In this document: one piece after another, positions 39,492-48,886 of the stretch | How the letters are laid out: each line of letters begins with the position of its first letter | Position numbering within the stretch: the first letter of the stretch is position 1 | From: Akkermansiaceae bacterium | GTDB taxonomy: Bacteria > Verrucomicrobiota > Verrucomicrobiia > Verrucomicrobiales > Akkermansiaceae | Direction of reading: 5' to 3' | Length of the DNA: 64,000 nucleotides | Assembly: GCA_040880785.1 (NCBI GenBank) | Contig: JBBEEL010000077.1 | Span: 19,857 to 83,856, forward strand | The notes under the pieces: model-generated | Databases searched by the model: none | Seen by the model: the letters and a program-made list of their open reading frames with translations, nothing else | What the model was told of the DNA's origin: nothing | Program-made: the position numbers and the translations under genes

Positions 39492-40223
39492 ATGAACCCT
39501 CCTACAACCGCCACATTTTCCAGGATGCAACAACTCATGACGCCCTCCTCCGTGCCGTCGATCTCGACGGAACTGCTGGCGACGGCGGATGGTGAACTCA
39601 ACCGCGAGCTGCACGCCTTCCTGTTCGATCCCCCGTCCGACCCGGAGCTGCTGGATGGCAAACGCATCGCCATTTGCTGCACCAACGGAGTGGAGGAAGT
39701 GGAAATCATCGGTGCCCAGCGCTGGCTGATCGAACACGGCGCGACGGTCCACGTGGTGTCGCCGCGGATCGGAGATTTTCACCCCACGCTGGGGCTGCGC
39801 TTTCCGCCCATTTCCACAACGCATGTCCTGGCGATCCGGCTGATGGAGAACGCGGGCTGGATCAAGATCGACCGCTACATGGACGAGGCCAAGGTAACGG
39901 ACTACGACGCGGTGATCGTGCCGGGCGGCTGTTGGAACCCCGACGCCCTGCGCATGGATGAGCACGCCCGCGCGTTCGTAAGGGAGATGCACGCCTCGGG
40001 GAAACCGACTTGCGCGATCTGCCATGGCCAGTGGGTGATGGTGAGCGCCGGGATTCTCAAAGGCAGGAGGGCGACGGCCGTGTGGAACATCCACACCGAT
40101 CTGGAGAACGCCGGTGCCATCGTGTCCGACGAACCCTGTGTGGTGGATGGTAATCTGATTACCGCGCGCTTTCCCTACGACCTGCCGCGCATGGTGCATG
40201 CGATGGTGCGGCAGCTGGTGTGA
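39492..40223 (+). CDS. DJ-1/PfpI-family protein (type 1 glutamine amidotransferase-like; glyoxalase III/protease)
   Basis: NGVEEVE, YDAVIVPGG, AICHGQW (nucleophile Cys) and VVDGNLITAR. Confidence 0.92.
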   Translation: MNPPTTATFSRMQQLMTPSSVPSISTELLATADGELNRELHAFLFDPPSDPELLDGKRIAICCTNGVEEVEIIGAQRWLIEHGATVHVVSPRIGDFHPTLGLRFPPISTTHVLAIRLMENAGWIKIDRYMDEAKVTDYDAVIVPGGCWNPDALRMDEHARAFVREMHASGKPTCAICHGQWVMVSAGILKGRRATAVWNIHTDLENAGAIVSDEPCVVDGNLITARFPYDLPRMVHAMVRQLV

Positions 40224-40242
40224 GAAGCCGCCTGGTATAACA

Positions 40243-40272
40243 CGACGGCCGTCACCTGCGTGACGACCGTCG
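40243..40272. terminator. Hairpin between convergent genes
   Basis: CGACGGCCGTCAC-CTGC-GTGACGACCGTCG, with one mismatch. Confidence 0.6.
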
Positions 40273-40304
40273 CTGATGGATGGTTTTTCGAACCGCTGCG
40301 ATGA

Positions 40305-40379
40305 TCAGTTGCGGCGGCGGAAGGCGAACGTCCCGATCAACGCGCCGAGACCGAGCAGCCGCGCAGACGTTGGCTCGGG
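40305..40379 (-). pseudogene. Orphan PEP-CTERM sorting-signal fragment
   Basis: The minus strand reads PEPTSARLLGLGALIGTFAFRRRN*. It has no start codon, begins 26 nt after the stop of 40406-42013 and is out of frame with it. Confidence 0.8.
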
Positions 40380-40405
40380 GGGGAGATCGGGATCTTATGA
40401 GGCCT

Positions 40406-42013
40406 TCAGCAGCGGCGTCTGCGGCCGAGGAGCAGGAAACTACCGATGGCGCCGAGGAGCGCGGCGCCGGGTTCGGGGATCACAACGACCGCGAGGCTTC
40501 CACTCTCGAAGTAAGCGAAGCGTCCGCCGCCGACTGAGGCCGCGTTGACGCTGCCAAAATTCGCAATGTCCAACGCGCTGAAGATCTGGCTGGTGGAAAT
40601 GACCGTGTATTCCGTGTTCAGAGCGAGGCTGCCCCAATCGATCCCGGTGAGATTGTCGATCCCGAAGCCGCTGCCGAAGGTGATGGTTCCGGTGACTTCG
40701 AGCGGGTCGGAAAAGTTCACGACTTCGAGCAGGGCATCCCCATCAAAGCCAAGGGTTCCGGCCAACGATCCGGTCCCCCCGATCGTCGCATCGGCGGCGA
40801 CCGTGACAGCGGAATTGCCGAGCGAACCGTTGACCAGCAAGGTGCCTACAGAGACAAGAGTGTCACCGGTGTAGGTGTTGTTGGTTCCGGTGAGCGTGAG
40901 TGTTCCCGCGCCGCCTTTATGGACGCCGACGGCTACGGTCCCATCGCTGATGTCGCCATTGGATACGATGTCGCCAGCACCGGTGAAGTTGAAGTTGCGG
41001 CCAGTGCCGGTGATGAGGGTGGCGGCGATGTTGCCGTCGAGTGTGAGCGTGCCAGCCGCGGAGTGGATGTTGACGAAGGTGCCGCCGACGTTCGCGAAGT
41101 TGATGTTGCCTGAAATCGTGTTGTTTCCAGAGGAGTTCAGGATGCGCGCGGCCGAGGTAAGGTCACTGGCCGCATTGTTAGAGCCGCTGAGATTGTAGTT
41201 GGCGGGGCCGGTTACGGAGCTTGCGACAGTGATATTATTGGACAGAGCCAGGCGCCCGCCGGAGAGGGTGACGTTGCCAGTCCCGAGGGCGGAACCGTTG
41301 GTGATTGCGATGGTGCCGCCGCTGATGACGGTGGTGCCGCCGTTGGAGTTGGCTCCGGCGAGTGTGAGGGTGCCCGTGCCGCTTTTAGTGAAGAAAGCGG
41401 AGCTGACCGCGGAGAAACCAGAGGCGAAAAATGTTCCCTCAACGCTCCAATTGCCGGTTCCGTCAAAAGTGACGTTGCGATTGCCTCCGCCACCGCCGTT
41501 GGCAGTCACGATGTCGGACTTAAAGGTAGCCGTATTGGATGAGCTGTTGGTGAAGGTCGTGGTCGGATCACGAAAGACGACACTCGCCGTGCCAGCGCCG
41601 TCACCCAATGTGAAGGCACCTGCGTCGGCGGCGATGGTAATGTCACCCAAGCCCAGACTGCCTGAGGTGGCGTCGAGCTGCAGGGAGCCTGTCTGGGTGG
41701 CTGCCATGACGATGTCCACACCGCCCGAGTTGCCACTGCCAGGGCCGAAACTGGCATTCCAGATGAGCGACAGATTGCCCGCGACCGAGCCGTCCCAAGT
41801 GGCGTCGTCCGTCGCGCTGGTCGGGGTGGCGTTGTTGGTCCAGTTGTCGGCGGTGTTGAGGATGTTGGTGGCGGCACCACCATCCCAGGTCTGGCTGGCG
41901 GCAAAGGTGGACGGGATGCTCACGAACGCGACCGCACCCGCGAGGGTGATGCCGAAGAGGGTGGATTTCGCGGATGCCGGCGAGCGGCGGGAGTGGATGT
42001 GTTTCGGTTTCAT
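40406..42013 (-). CDS. PEP-CTERM protein with autotransporter-associated beta-strand repeats
   Basis: Signal peptide, TKSGTGTLTLAGAN and KGGAGTLTLTGTNNTYTG repeats, and C-terminal IPEPGAALLGAIGSFLLLGRRRRC. Confidence 0.92.
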   Translation of the reverse strand: MKPKHIHSRRSPASAKSTLFGITLAGAVAFVSIPSTFAASQTWDGGAATNILNTADNWTNNATPTSATDDATWDGSVAGNLSLIWNASFGPGSGNSGGVDIVMAATQTGSLQLDATSGSLGLGDITIAADAGAFTLGDGAGTASVVFRDPTTTFTNSSSNTATFKSDIVTANGGGGGNRNVTFDGTGNWSVEGTFFASGFSAVSSAFFTKSGTGTLTLAGANSNGGTTVISGGTIAITNGSALGTGNVTLSGGRLALSNNITVASSVTGPANYNLSGSNNAASDLTSAARILNSSGNNTISGNINFANVGGTFVNIHSAAGTLTLDGNIAATLITGTGRNFNFTGAGDIVSNGDISDGTVAVGVHKGGAGTLTLTGTNNTYTGDTLVSVGTLLVNGSLGNSAVTVAADATIGGTGSLAGTLGFDGDALLEVVNFSDPLEVTGTITFGSGFGIDNLTGIDWGSLALNTEYTVISTSQIFSALDIANFGSVNAASVGGGRFAYFESGSLAVVVIPEPGAALLGAIGSFLLLGRRRRC

Positions 42014-42085
42014 CTTAACAATGCGCGGTTTTGTTTATTGTGGGTGAGTTGGTGGAAGGGATTGGCTGCCGGAATTGCCGACTTG

Positions 42086-42120
42086 CATGGTCGGGCCGCT
42101 GCGGAAGCGGCCCGACCATG
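42086..42120. terminator. Perfect 15-bp-stem hairpin between the two repeat-protein genes
   Basis: CATGGTCGGGCCGCT-GCGGA-AGCGGCCCGACCATG. Confidence 0.7.
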
Positions 42121-42131
42121 AGGGATTGGTT

Positions 42132-45100
42132 TTAGTTTGGTGTGACGACGAGGCGGACAAACCACTTGCCCTGCCCGGTGGGGAGAGTGTAGGTCAGCGA
42201 GCCGCTGGGGCCGGCGGTGTTGGTGGTTAGCGCGCCAATTGCCACGGGATCCCAGCCGACGAGAGTCTGCGAGGTTTGGACGACGAACTCCGTGCCGTAT
42301 TGTGCGGCGTCGATGTTGCCGCCATTGGTCCAGGTGACGGCACCCGCGACGATGCCGGGCAGGCTGATCATTCCGGTGTCATTCATGAAGTAGGCGATTC
42401 CGTTGTCCACGCCATCGTTGTTGAAGTCCTCGTCCGCGGTCTGGTTATCGACGTTGGCTGCGGCCCACGTGCCGTAACCGCTTGCTGGAATGCCGACCTT
42501 GAGGAAGCCGGAGCCCGTGATCTCTGCGATCTCGAATTCAGCGCCGGAGTCGAGCGCTCCGTAGATGCCATCGATTTTCGGATCCTCGCCAATCACCAGA
42601 CTGGTGACGTCGTCGGTGGCACCGGAGGTATTCAGATTCAAAGTGGCGCCGGGGAGGATTGTGACGGTCGAGGTGTCGGCGAATGATGGGTTCGAAACTG
42701 AAAGCGTCCCTTCATTGATCGTGGTGTTGCCGGTGTAGGTGTTGATGCCCGTGAGTGTCTGGGTGTCCACACCGAGCTTGACGATGGAGATACTAGCTCC
42801 GCCGGCGATGGTGCCTGAGTAACTGTATGGGAAGTCCGCAGTGATGGTCAGCACGGCGGTTCCGGTGGAGCTGGTAACCGTGCCATTGCCTTCAAGGCCG
42901 GAAATGGAGGATGCGATGCCATTGAGGTTCCAAGTGGAGTTATCCTGGATTTCGAGAGTTCCGTTGTTGGCGATGCCGGAAACGAGACTGTTTCCACCGA
43001 GCAGGGTGATGGGGCCAAATGCCGTGCCGTTGAGCCGGGTGAGCGGGTTGGCGAGAGCCGCGGGGCCGCCTGTGTTCAAACCAACGGTGATGCTGCCAAC
43101 CGTCGTGTCGATGCTCGCGCCTCCGCCGTTGATGGCGATCTGGTTGTTGGCGTCGAACAAGGTGATGCCCGCAGGGTTTCCGCACTTCAGGGTGCCGCCG
43201 TTGAAGACGGTTGAGATGGCGAGGGTGCTCGAGAAGAGATTCCCTTGGGATTCGAAGACCCCACCGTTGAGGTTGAGGATGCGGAACTCGCTGTAACCGT
43301 TGGAGGTGGTGCCACTGGTGAGATAGGAACCGGAATTGACCGTGAAGGTGCTGCCGAAACTGTTATAGGTGATGGCTCCGCCGCCGGTGTTGGTTCCGTC
43401 ATCGATCGATACGGTTCCATTGCCTGTGAAGTTGAGCGGCCCGCTGAAGGTGTTGGTGCCGGTGAGGCTGACGGTGCCGCCACCGCCAGTCCGGGTGAAT
43501 CCGGTGGTTCCCTCGATGTTGGCGGATATCACAGCGATTCCGGTTGTGGAGTTGCTGCTGCTCAAGGACGCGGGTTGGAGCGTGCCATTGGAGATCGTGT
43601 CGCCGCCGGTGGCAGCCGCGCTGATGATGATGGCGTTACCGACCTGGGTGGTGCCACCGAGATCCAGGCTGCCGCCACTCAGTGACACCGCACTGGACGA
43701 ACCGAGAGTGGCCGTGCCGCCGAGGGCGAGGATGCCGCCGCTGATGGTGGTGGCTCCGGTGTAAGTCGTGGTCCCGCTGAGAGTGAGGGTTCCTTCACCA
43801 GATTTACTGAGGGTGCCCGCACCGAGAGCGAGGTTTGTGGAGATCGTCGCATCAAAGCCGCTTGGATTGGTCACGACCAATCCGGAGGTGTTGAGGGTGC
43901 CGTTCTGGAGGGTCGCCGCACCGGTGATTGTTAGAGGGCCGGCCGTTTGGCTGGTGCCGCCAAGATTCACGGTGCCGCCGGCGGCGGTTAGGGCGTTGCT
44001 GGTGCCTCCGAGCGTGCCCGCACCGCTGAGGGTGAGGGTGCCCGCGTTGATCGTAGTGCCGCCGGTGAAGGTGTTCGGGGCGGAAATCGTGGTGTTGCCG
44101 TTACCGTTTTTGTTCAAGGTGCCAGCCGCAATACCGAAAGGTCCGTTGATGGTGTAGGCATTGCCGGCGCTGTTGTTGAAATTGATGACCGCGGGGGACA
44201 CGTCAGCAGCGGAGATGGATACCGTTTTATTGGCAGCGGAGTCATCGAAGAGAACGACATCCCCTTGGATGTAGTTGGTCGGGGTGGCCAGAGTGATGAG
44301 TCTCCAGTTGCTGTTCGCACCGGTGCTGCCGACCACCCAATTGCTGTTGTCGAGACCGGACCATTTGGGATTGTCGCCCGAGATCAGAAGTCCGATGCCC
44401 GAGGCGGTGGCCACGAGAGATGGGGCTTGGCGGCCAGTGACGCCATTGATCGTTCCCAAGGTGAAGTCACCGAGTGAGGCGGTGAAAGTTCCGGCAGTGA
44501 CGAGGTTGTAGGTGACGCCGCTGTCCCAGAAGGAATTGGAGGCGTTGACCGTGATGGTGCCGGCGGCAGGAGTCGTGGAAAGCGTTCCAGTAACGACAAT
44601 TCCCGAGGTGCCGGTGACGCCATCGTCGGTGACACTGAGGGCGGCGTCGCCGTTGAAGGTCAGGGTGTCGAGGGTGAGGGCGCCCGAGCCACCGCTGCCA
44701 TTGCCATTGGCGACGGTTGCACCGGAGTTGTCCGGCACCGCGAGCGAGCTGATCGTACCTGCTCCGCCGACGGTGCCTTGGGTAAAGTCGATGTCCAGGA
44801 AATAGGGATTGGAGCTGTTATGCAGGTATCGGGCACTTGGACCATTGACCGTCACAGGAGATTCGAACGTGCCGGTACCGTTGACGCTAAGCGTGCCGCC
44901 GGTGATGGTCGTGGTTCCCCCAAACGTATTGGCACCCGTTAGAGTGAGGTTGCCGGCGGTTTGGTTGAATGTCCCACCGCCGGAGATAATGCCCGAAATC
45001 GTTTGGGTGGCCGTGCTTTCGTAGGAGAAAGCTGAGTTAATGGCGAGTGATCCTAGATTTGAACCAAGCGACCCGGCCGCGGTGACCTTCAGCGTGCCAT

Positions 45101-45791
45101 CGTCAATCGTCAGAGACGCCGTGGAGGTGCCGAAGTTATTGGCGGCGGCAAAGTTCACCGTGCCGGAACCATTCTTAACGACCGTCATGCCGGTTTGACC
45201 CTGCGTCGCATCGATGCGGAGAGCCGCGTTGAACAGCCAGTCTCCGGAGCCGTCGAGGTTCAAGGTCTTCCCTACGCCGCCGCCAGACCGCCAGAGCATG
45301 TCCGCGGCGAAGGTGGCGGTATTGCTGCTGTCGTTGGTGTAGGTCTGGGTATTCGAGGCACCGCGGAGAACTATGATGGTGGATTCCACTCCATTTCCGA
45401 AACTGAAAGCGCCAGCTCCGGCACTGATGATGATGTCGCCAAGGCCCCACTGGAGACCGGGGGTTCCGGCGACTCCGTCAAGCGTCAGATTGTTGGTGCC
45501 GGTGTAATCAATGATCACACCATCCGTGGCACCGAATCCCGGTCCGAGGTTGGCAGTCCAGGTTAGGGTCCCTAAGTCGGTCGTGTTGTCAAAGGTGACG
45601 ACATCACCACTCACGAACGCAGCCGAGCCACTGCTCCAGTTGGCACCGTCGCTCAGATTGATTCCGGTTCCGCCTACCCCGCCGGTCCAGGTGGCGCTGG
45701 CAGCATGGGCTGACTGAAACATCGCGCCGGTGATGACGGGAGCGAAACAGACGGTGAGGAACTTAATGATATTGGATTTTTTGGTTTTCAT
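42132..45791 (-). CDS. Large beta-strand repeat (beta-helix) surface protein with C-terminal sorting-like module
   Basis: Signal peptide MKTKKSNIIKFLTVCFAPVITGAMFQSAHA from ATG 45791, many LTLxGxNTFxG repeats, and the ending DFNNDGVDNGIAYFM...VQTSQTLVGW...KWFVRLVVTPN. Confidence 0.88.
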   Translation of the reverse strand: MKTKKSNIIKFLTVCFAPVITGAMFQSAHAASATWTGGVGGTGINLSDGANWSSGSAAFVSGDVVTFDNTTDLGTLTWTANLGPGFGATDGVIIDYTGTNNLTLDGVAGTPGLQWGLGDIIISAGAGAFSFGNGVESTIIVLRGASNTQTYTNDSSNTATFAADMLWRSGGGVGKTLNLDGSGDWLFNAALRIDATQGQTGMTVVKNGSGTVNFAAANNFGTSTASLTIDDGTLKVTAAGSLGSNLGSLAINSAFSYESTATQTISGIISGGGTFNQTAGNLTLTGANTFGGTTTITGGTLSVNGTGTFESPVTVNGPSARYLHNSSNPYFLDIDFTQGTVGGAGTISSLAVPDNSGATVANGNGSGGSGALTLDTLTFNGDAALSVTDDGVTGTSGIVVTGTLSTTPAAGTITVNASNSFWDSGVTYNLVTAGTFTASLGDFTLGTINGVTGRQAPSLVATASGIGLLISGDNPKWSGLDNSNWVVGSTGANSNWRLITLATPTNYIQGDVVLFDDSAANKTVSISAADVSPAVINFNNSAGNAYTINGPFGIAAGTLNKNGNGNTTISAPNTFTGGTTINAGTLTLSGAGTLGGTSNALTAAGGTVNLGGTSQTAGPLTITGAATLQNGTLNTSGLVVTNPSGFDATISTNLALGAGTLSKSGEGTLTLSGTTTYTGATTISGGILALGGTATLGSSSAVSLSGGSLDLGGTTQVGNAIIISAAATGGDTISNGTLQPASLSSSNSTTGIAVISANIEGTTGFTRTGGGGTVSLTGTNTFSGPLNFTGNGTVSIDDGTNTGGGAITYNSFGSTFTVNSGSYLTSGTTSNGYSEFRILNLNGGVFESQGNLFSSTLAISTVFNGGTLKCGNPAGITLFDANNQIAINGGGASIDTTVGSITVGLNTGGPAALANPLTRLNGTAFGPITLLGGNSLVSGIANNGTLEIQDNSTWNLNGIASSISGLEGNGTVTSSTGTAVLTITADFPYSYSGTIAGGASISIVKLGVDTQTLTGINTYTGNTTINEGTLSVSNPSFADTSTVTILPGATLNLNTSGATDDVTSLVIGEDPKIDGIYGALDSGAEFEIAEITGSGFLKVGIPASGYGTWAAANVDNQTADEDFNNDGVDNGIAYFMNDTGMISLPGIVAGAVTWTNGGNIDAAQYGTEFVVQTSQTLVGWDPVAIGALTTNTAGPSGSLTYTLPTGQGKWFVRLVVTPN

Positions 45792-46010
45792 TGGGATTGC
45801 GATAGGTGGTTTTTGACTCGGGCAGTGAGAATGGTGGGCGGGGGCGGGCATGTCTTGCTGAGCGTTACCGGCACTGGAGCTGCCGCCGGGGTATGCGGGC
45901 AACGGCCTTGATTGGTGCGTGGGGGTTTGGAAGGCGAAGTGAAACGAGAGGTGGGTTTTTAAAATCGACTAAGATGAATTGCGTGGTTTTCGGCGGGATG
46001 ACAAGGAGAA

Positions 46011-46026
46011 AATAAAACGGTTAATT
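46011..46026. promoter_or_regulatory. LacI-type operator (site 2), upstream of the repeat-protein pair
   Basis: AATAAAACGGTTAATT. On the minus strand it is followed after 6 nt by TTGTCA (-35-like). Confidence 0.75.
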
Positions 46027-46065
46027 AAATCCTTCAATTCGCTTACGAAATTGCATGAAAGTGGC

Positions 46066-47673
46066 TCAAACCGGGCCTTCCCGGTAGACGAAACAGGAAA
46101 AATCCGCGTGAAGTCGCGGCCCGGAAAAATCCTGACAGCACAGGCCGACGAATGCTCCGGTGAAGCCGAGGTGGGAGTGGTCGTCGGACAGGATGGCACC
46201 GTTGAGGACCGGGCCGATCTTCCGCCAATCGCCGTCGGTGAGCGCGTATTCGAATTGCAGGGCCGCGTCTTTCAGGGTGAGGCGCAGGTGGATGGCTCCG
46301 GTGGCGGGCACGGCGACATCGTGGGGCAAGACCTCGCCGCTGGTGGCAGCGTCGGTGGCGATGATGTTGAGGGTTCTTCCCAGACCCTCATCGTGGCTCA
46401 GCCGCAGGTAGAAATGGTTCTCGGTGTCGTAGTAGGCGATGAGTCCGGCCATCTGTTGGAAAGTGGTCGGTTGGAACTCGACGGAGGTTTCGACGCTGAT
46501 GTCAAAGGCTTGCACGCGGCGGGCGATCAGGCTCTGGCGGAACAAGCTGACGGTGGGTTCCATGCCCTTGAGGCGGAGGAAACCGGGGCGCTCGGTGAGG
46601 CTGAGCCAGTTTTCGGTGATCGGTTGGCGCAGGCTCTGGAAATGGATGTCAAGCGCCGGGGAGTCGAAGCGACCGTGCCACTCGGTATCGGCGAAGGGAG
46701 CGGGGGCGATGCCGGTGGGGCCTGCGGTTTCGATGACGGGCACCATGTCTCCCTGCTCCAGATAGAGCCAGTCATCGTCGGCCCAGACGCATTTCTGGAT
46801 GGCGGTTTCGCGGCCGAGTGTGCAGTGCTTGCCGTCGATGGGGCGGCCGCAGAGGTGGGCCAGATACCACTCGCCCTGCGGGGTCTCGACCAGCGAGCCA
46901 TGACCGGCCTTTTGCAGTGCGGCCTCGGGGTGTCCCCAGGAGCTGAGCAGGTGCGTTTGCGGGTGCATTTCGTAGGGGCCGTCGATGTTGCGGGAGCGGG
47001 CGAGCGTCGCGGCGTGGGTGTATTCGGTGCCGCCCTCGGCGGTCAGCAGGTAGTAGTAGCCATTGCGTTTGTAGAGGTGGGGGGCTTCCACCAGGCCGCG
47101 TTCCGAGCCTTTGAAGATCTGTTTCACCGGGCCGATCAGGGATTGGGTCTTCGGGCAGAATTCCTGCAGCAGGATCCCGGCGAAGCGGTTGTTCTGCTGG
47201 CGGTGGTCCCAAACCATGTTGAGCAGCCACTTGCGGCCGTCGTCATCGTGAAAGAGGGAGGGATCGAATCCACTGCCGTTGAGAAAAACGGGCTCCGACC
47301 AGGGGCCGGTGATGGACGGCGCGGTAACCAGGTAGTTGTAGGCGATTTTGTAGGGATCGCGTTTCCAATACTTTACGTCGGTATAAATCAGATAGAAAAG
47401 CCCGTCGCTATGCGTGAGGCAGGGTGCCCAGATGCCGCCGGAGTCCGGATTTCCCACCATGTCCAGCTGGCTCTGGCGGTCCAACGGGCGGGTGAGCAAC
47501 CGCCAATTCACCAGATCCCGGGAATGGTGGATCTGCACGCCTGGAAACCACTCGAAGGTGGAGTTGGCGATGTAATAATCCTTGCCGACGCGCAGGATGG
47601 AGGGGTCCGCGTTGAAGCCCTTGAGCACGGGATTCCGAATGGTCATGGTGCTGGGAATGGAGAGTGTGTTCAT
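46066..47673 (-). CDS. xynB: Cytoplasmic GH43 beta-xylosidase/arabinosidase (XynB-like)
   Basis: NPVLKGFNADPSI, STFEWFPG, GIWAP, GFDPSLFHDDDG, LVEAPHLYKRNGYYYL, KAGHG, LGRET and C-terminal FTGAFVG. No signal peptide. An alternative start lies at 47646. Confidence 0.95.
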   Translation of the reverse strand: MNTLSIPSTMTIRNPVLKGFNADPSILRVGKDYYIANSTFEWFPGVQIHHSRDLVNWRLLTRPLDRQSQLDMVGNPDSGGIWAPCLTHSDGLFYLIYTDVKYWKRDPYKIAYNYLVTAPSITGPWSEPVFLNGSGFDPSLFHDDDGRKWLLNMVWDHRQQNNRFAGILLQEFCPKTQSLIGPVKQIFKGSERGLVEAPHLYKRNGYYYLLTAEGGTEYTHAATLARSRNIDGPYEMHPQTHLLSSWGHPEAALQKAGHGSLVETPQGEWYLAHLCGRPIDGKHCTLGRETAIQKCVWADDDWLYLEQGDMVPVIETAGPTGIAPAPFADTEWHGRFDSPALDIHFQSLRQPITENWLSLTERPGFLRLKGMEPTVSLFRQSLIARRVQAFDISVETSVEFQPTTFQQMAGLIAYYDTENHFYLRLSHDEGLGRTLNIIATDAATSGEVLPHDVAVPATGAIHLRLTLKDAALQFEYALTDGDWRKIGPVLNGAILSDDHSHLGFTGAFVGLCCQDFSGPRLHADFSCFVYREGPV

Positions 47674-47675
47674 TG

Positions 47676-47691
47676 AATGAAACGATTTATT
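47676..47691. promoter_or_regulatory. LacI-type operator (site 3, degenerate), immediately upstream of the GH43 gene
   Basis: AATGAAACGATTTATT matches site 2 at 13 of 16 positions. Confidence 0.6.
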
Positions 47692-47733
47692 AACACGGGA
47701 AAGTCCGATAATTCAAGAAGCTTGTTGGTCAAA

Positions 47734-48777
47734 TCATGTGGTTTGACCCAGAATCAAAACCGGGCGGTAAACCGCAGAAGGAAGGGTGGTTTCAATTCCG
47801 TTTTCGACCAATTCGAATGCCATTTTCGCCGCGGTTCTGCCCATTTCGTAGGATGGGATTTGAATGGTGGTGAGCCGTTGCCACGCACTGAGAGAGGCGT
47901 AGTCGCCATTGAAGCCGGCGATGGCGAGAACGTCGGGAATCCGGACATTCCGGCTGTAGGCGCTCTGTGCGATGAGATTGGCCAGATCATCGTCGTAAGC
48001 GATCACGGCATCATGACGTGCGATCACATCCCAATCATCCTGGCACAGCTCGACGTCGAGACCGACAAGTCCCTTGGTGTTCACCGTGTGGCAGAAGGCT
48101 CCCCTCCCCGCCTCCTTCATGGCCTTTCGATAACCCGCCTCGCGGTCGGCGGCGCTGTGGTGCATTTTCTCAACCGCCGGGCCGCCCGCAATGTGGCGCT
48201 GGATGAAGGCGATCCGCTGATAGCCCTTATCCAGAAGATGACGGGTGATTTCGATCGCCCCCCATTCGTCATCCACATAGACTGAATTCGTTTTGTGGCG
48301 GTCGTTGACGAAAATGACCGGCATGCCGCTGGCCTTGATGCGCTCGTAAATCTGGTAGGCGAGCTCACTGTAACTCTCAATCAGAAGCGCATCGATATTC
48401 CTCTCGCTGAAAACACTGGGGATGACTGTGCTGATTTCGTCGATGCTTCTGGGCAGCCGGATCATCGTCATGCGGAAGCCGTGTTCTTCGGCGATGTCAT
48501 GGACTCCCGCCATGTATCCATAGGGTGTGCTGGTGAACTGGCCGGACTTGGCAATGAAGTAGCCAATGGTGTTGAAGCGGTTCGAGCGGATCGAACGCGC
48601 ACCGGAGTGGGGCTGGTAGTTCAACTCCAGGGCGACCTTCTTGACCCGGTCAACGGTTTCGGCCTGCAGTTTGATATTGGAATTCGGGTGGGGACGAAGT
48701 GCCTGGGATACCGCTGCGGTGCTCAGCCCGGCTACGCGTGCGATGTCTTTGATGGTGGTTCGTCGGGAAGTGGTCAT
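47734..48777 (-). CDS. LacI-family transcriptional regulator
   Basis: From ATG 48777: TTIKDIARVAGLSTAAVSQAL (HTH), LNYQPHSGARSIR (hinge), RIPDVLAIAGFN and LTTIQIPSYEMGRTAA. Confidence 0.95.
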   Translation of the reverse strand: MTTSRRTTIKDIARVAGLSTAAVSQALRPHPNSNIKLQAETVDRVKKVALELNYQPHSGARSIRSNRFNTIGYFIAKSGQFTSTPYGYMAGVHDIAEEHGFRMTMIRLPRSIDEISTVIPSVFSERNIDALLIESYSELAYQIYERIKASGMPVIFVNDRHKTNSVYVDDEWGAIEITRHLLDKGYQRIAFIQRHIAGGPAVEKMHHSAADREAGYRKAMKEAGRGAFCHTVNTKGLVGLDVELCQDDWDVIARHDAVIAYDDDLANLIAQSAYSRNVRIPDVLAIAGFNGDYASLSAWQRLTTIQIPSYEMGRTAAKMAFELVENGIETTLPSAVYRPVLILGQTT

Positions 48778-48886
48778 TTTCGAGGCGGCGGGAATCCATC
48801 CTGCCGCGGCCTCTGGATCGGGGGTTTGGCCGCAATTTGCAAGGAAATAGGCGGAGCAAGCACCGCCGGTTTCGGGAGCCGGTTGG

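Noticed and set aside
23617-45791. Calling the beta-strand repeat proteins type V autotransporters
   Set aside because: No C-terminal beta-barrel is present; they end in PEP-CTERM or the short sorting-like module.
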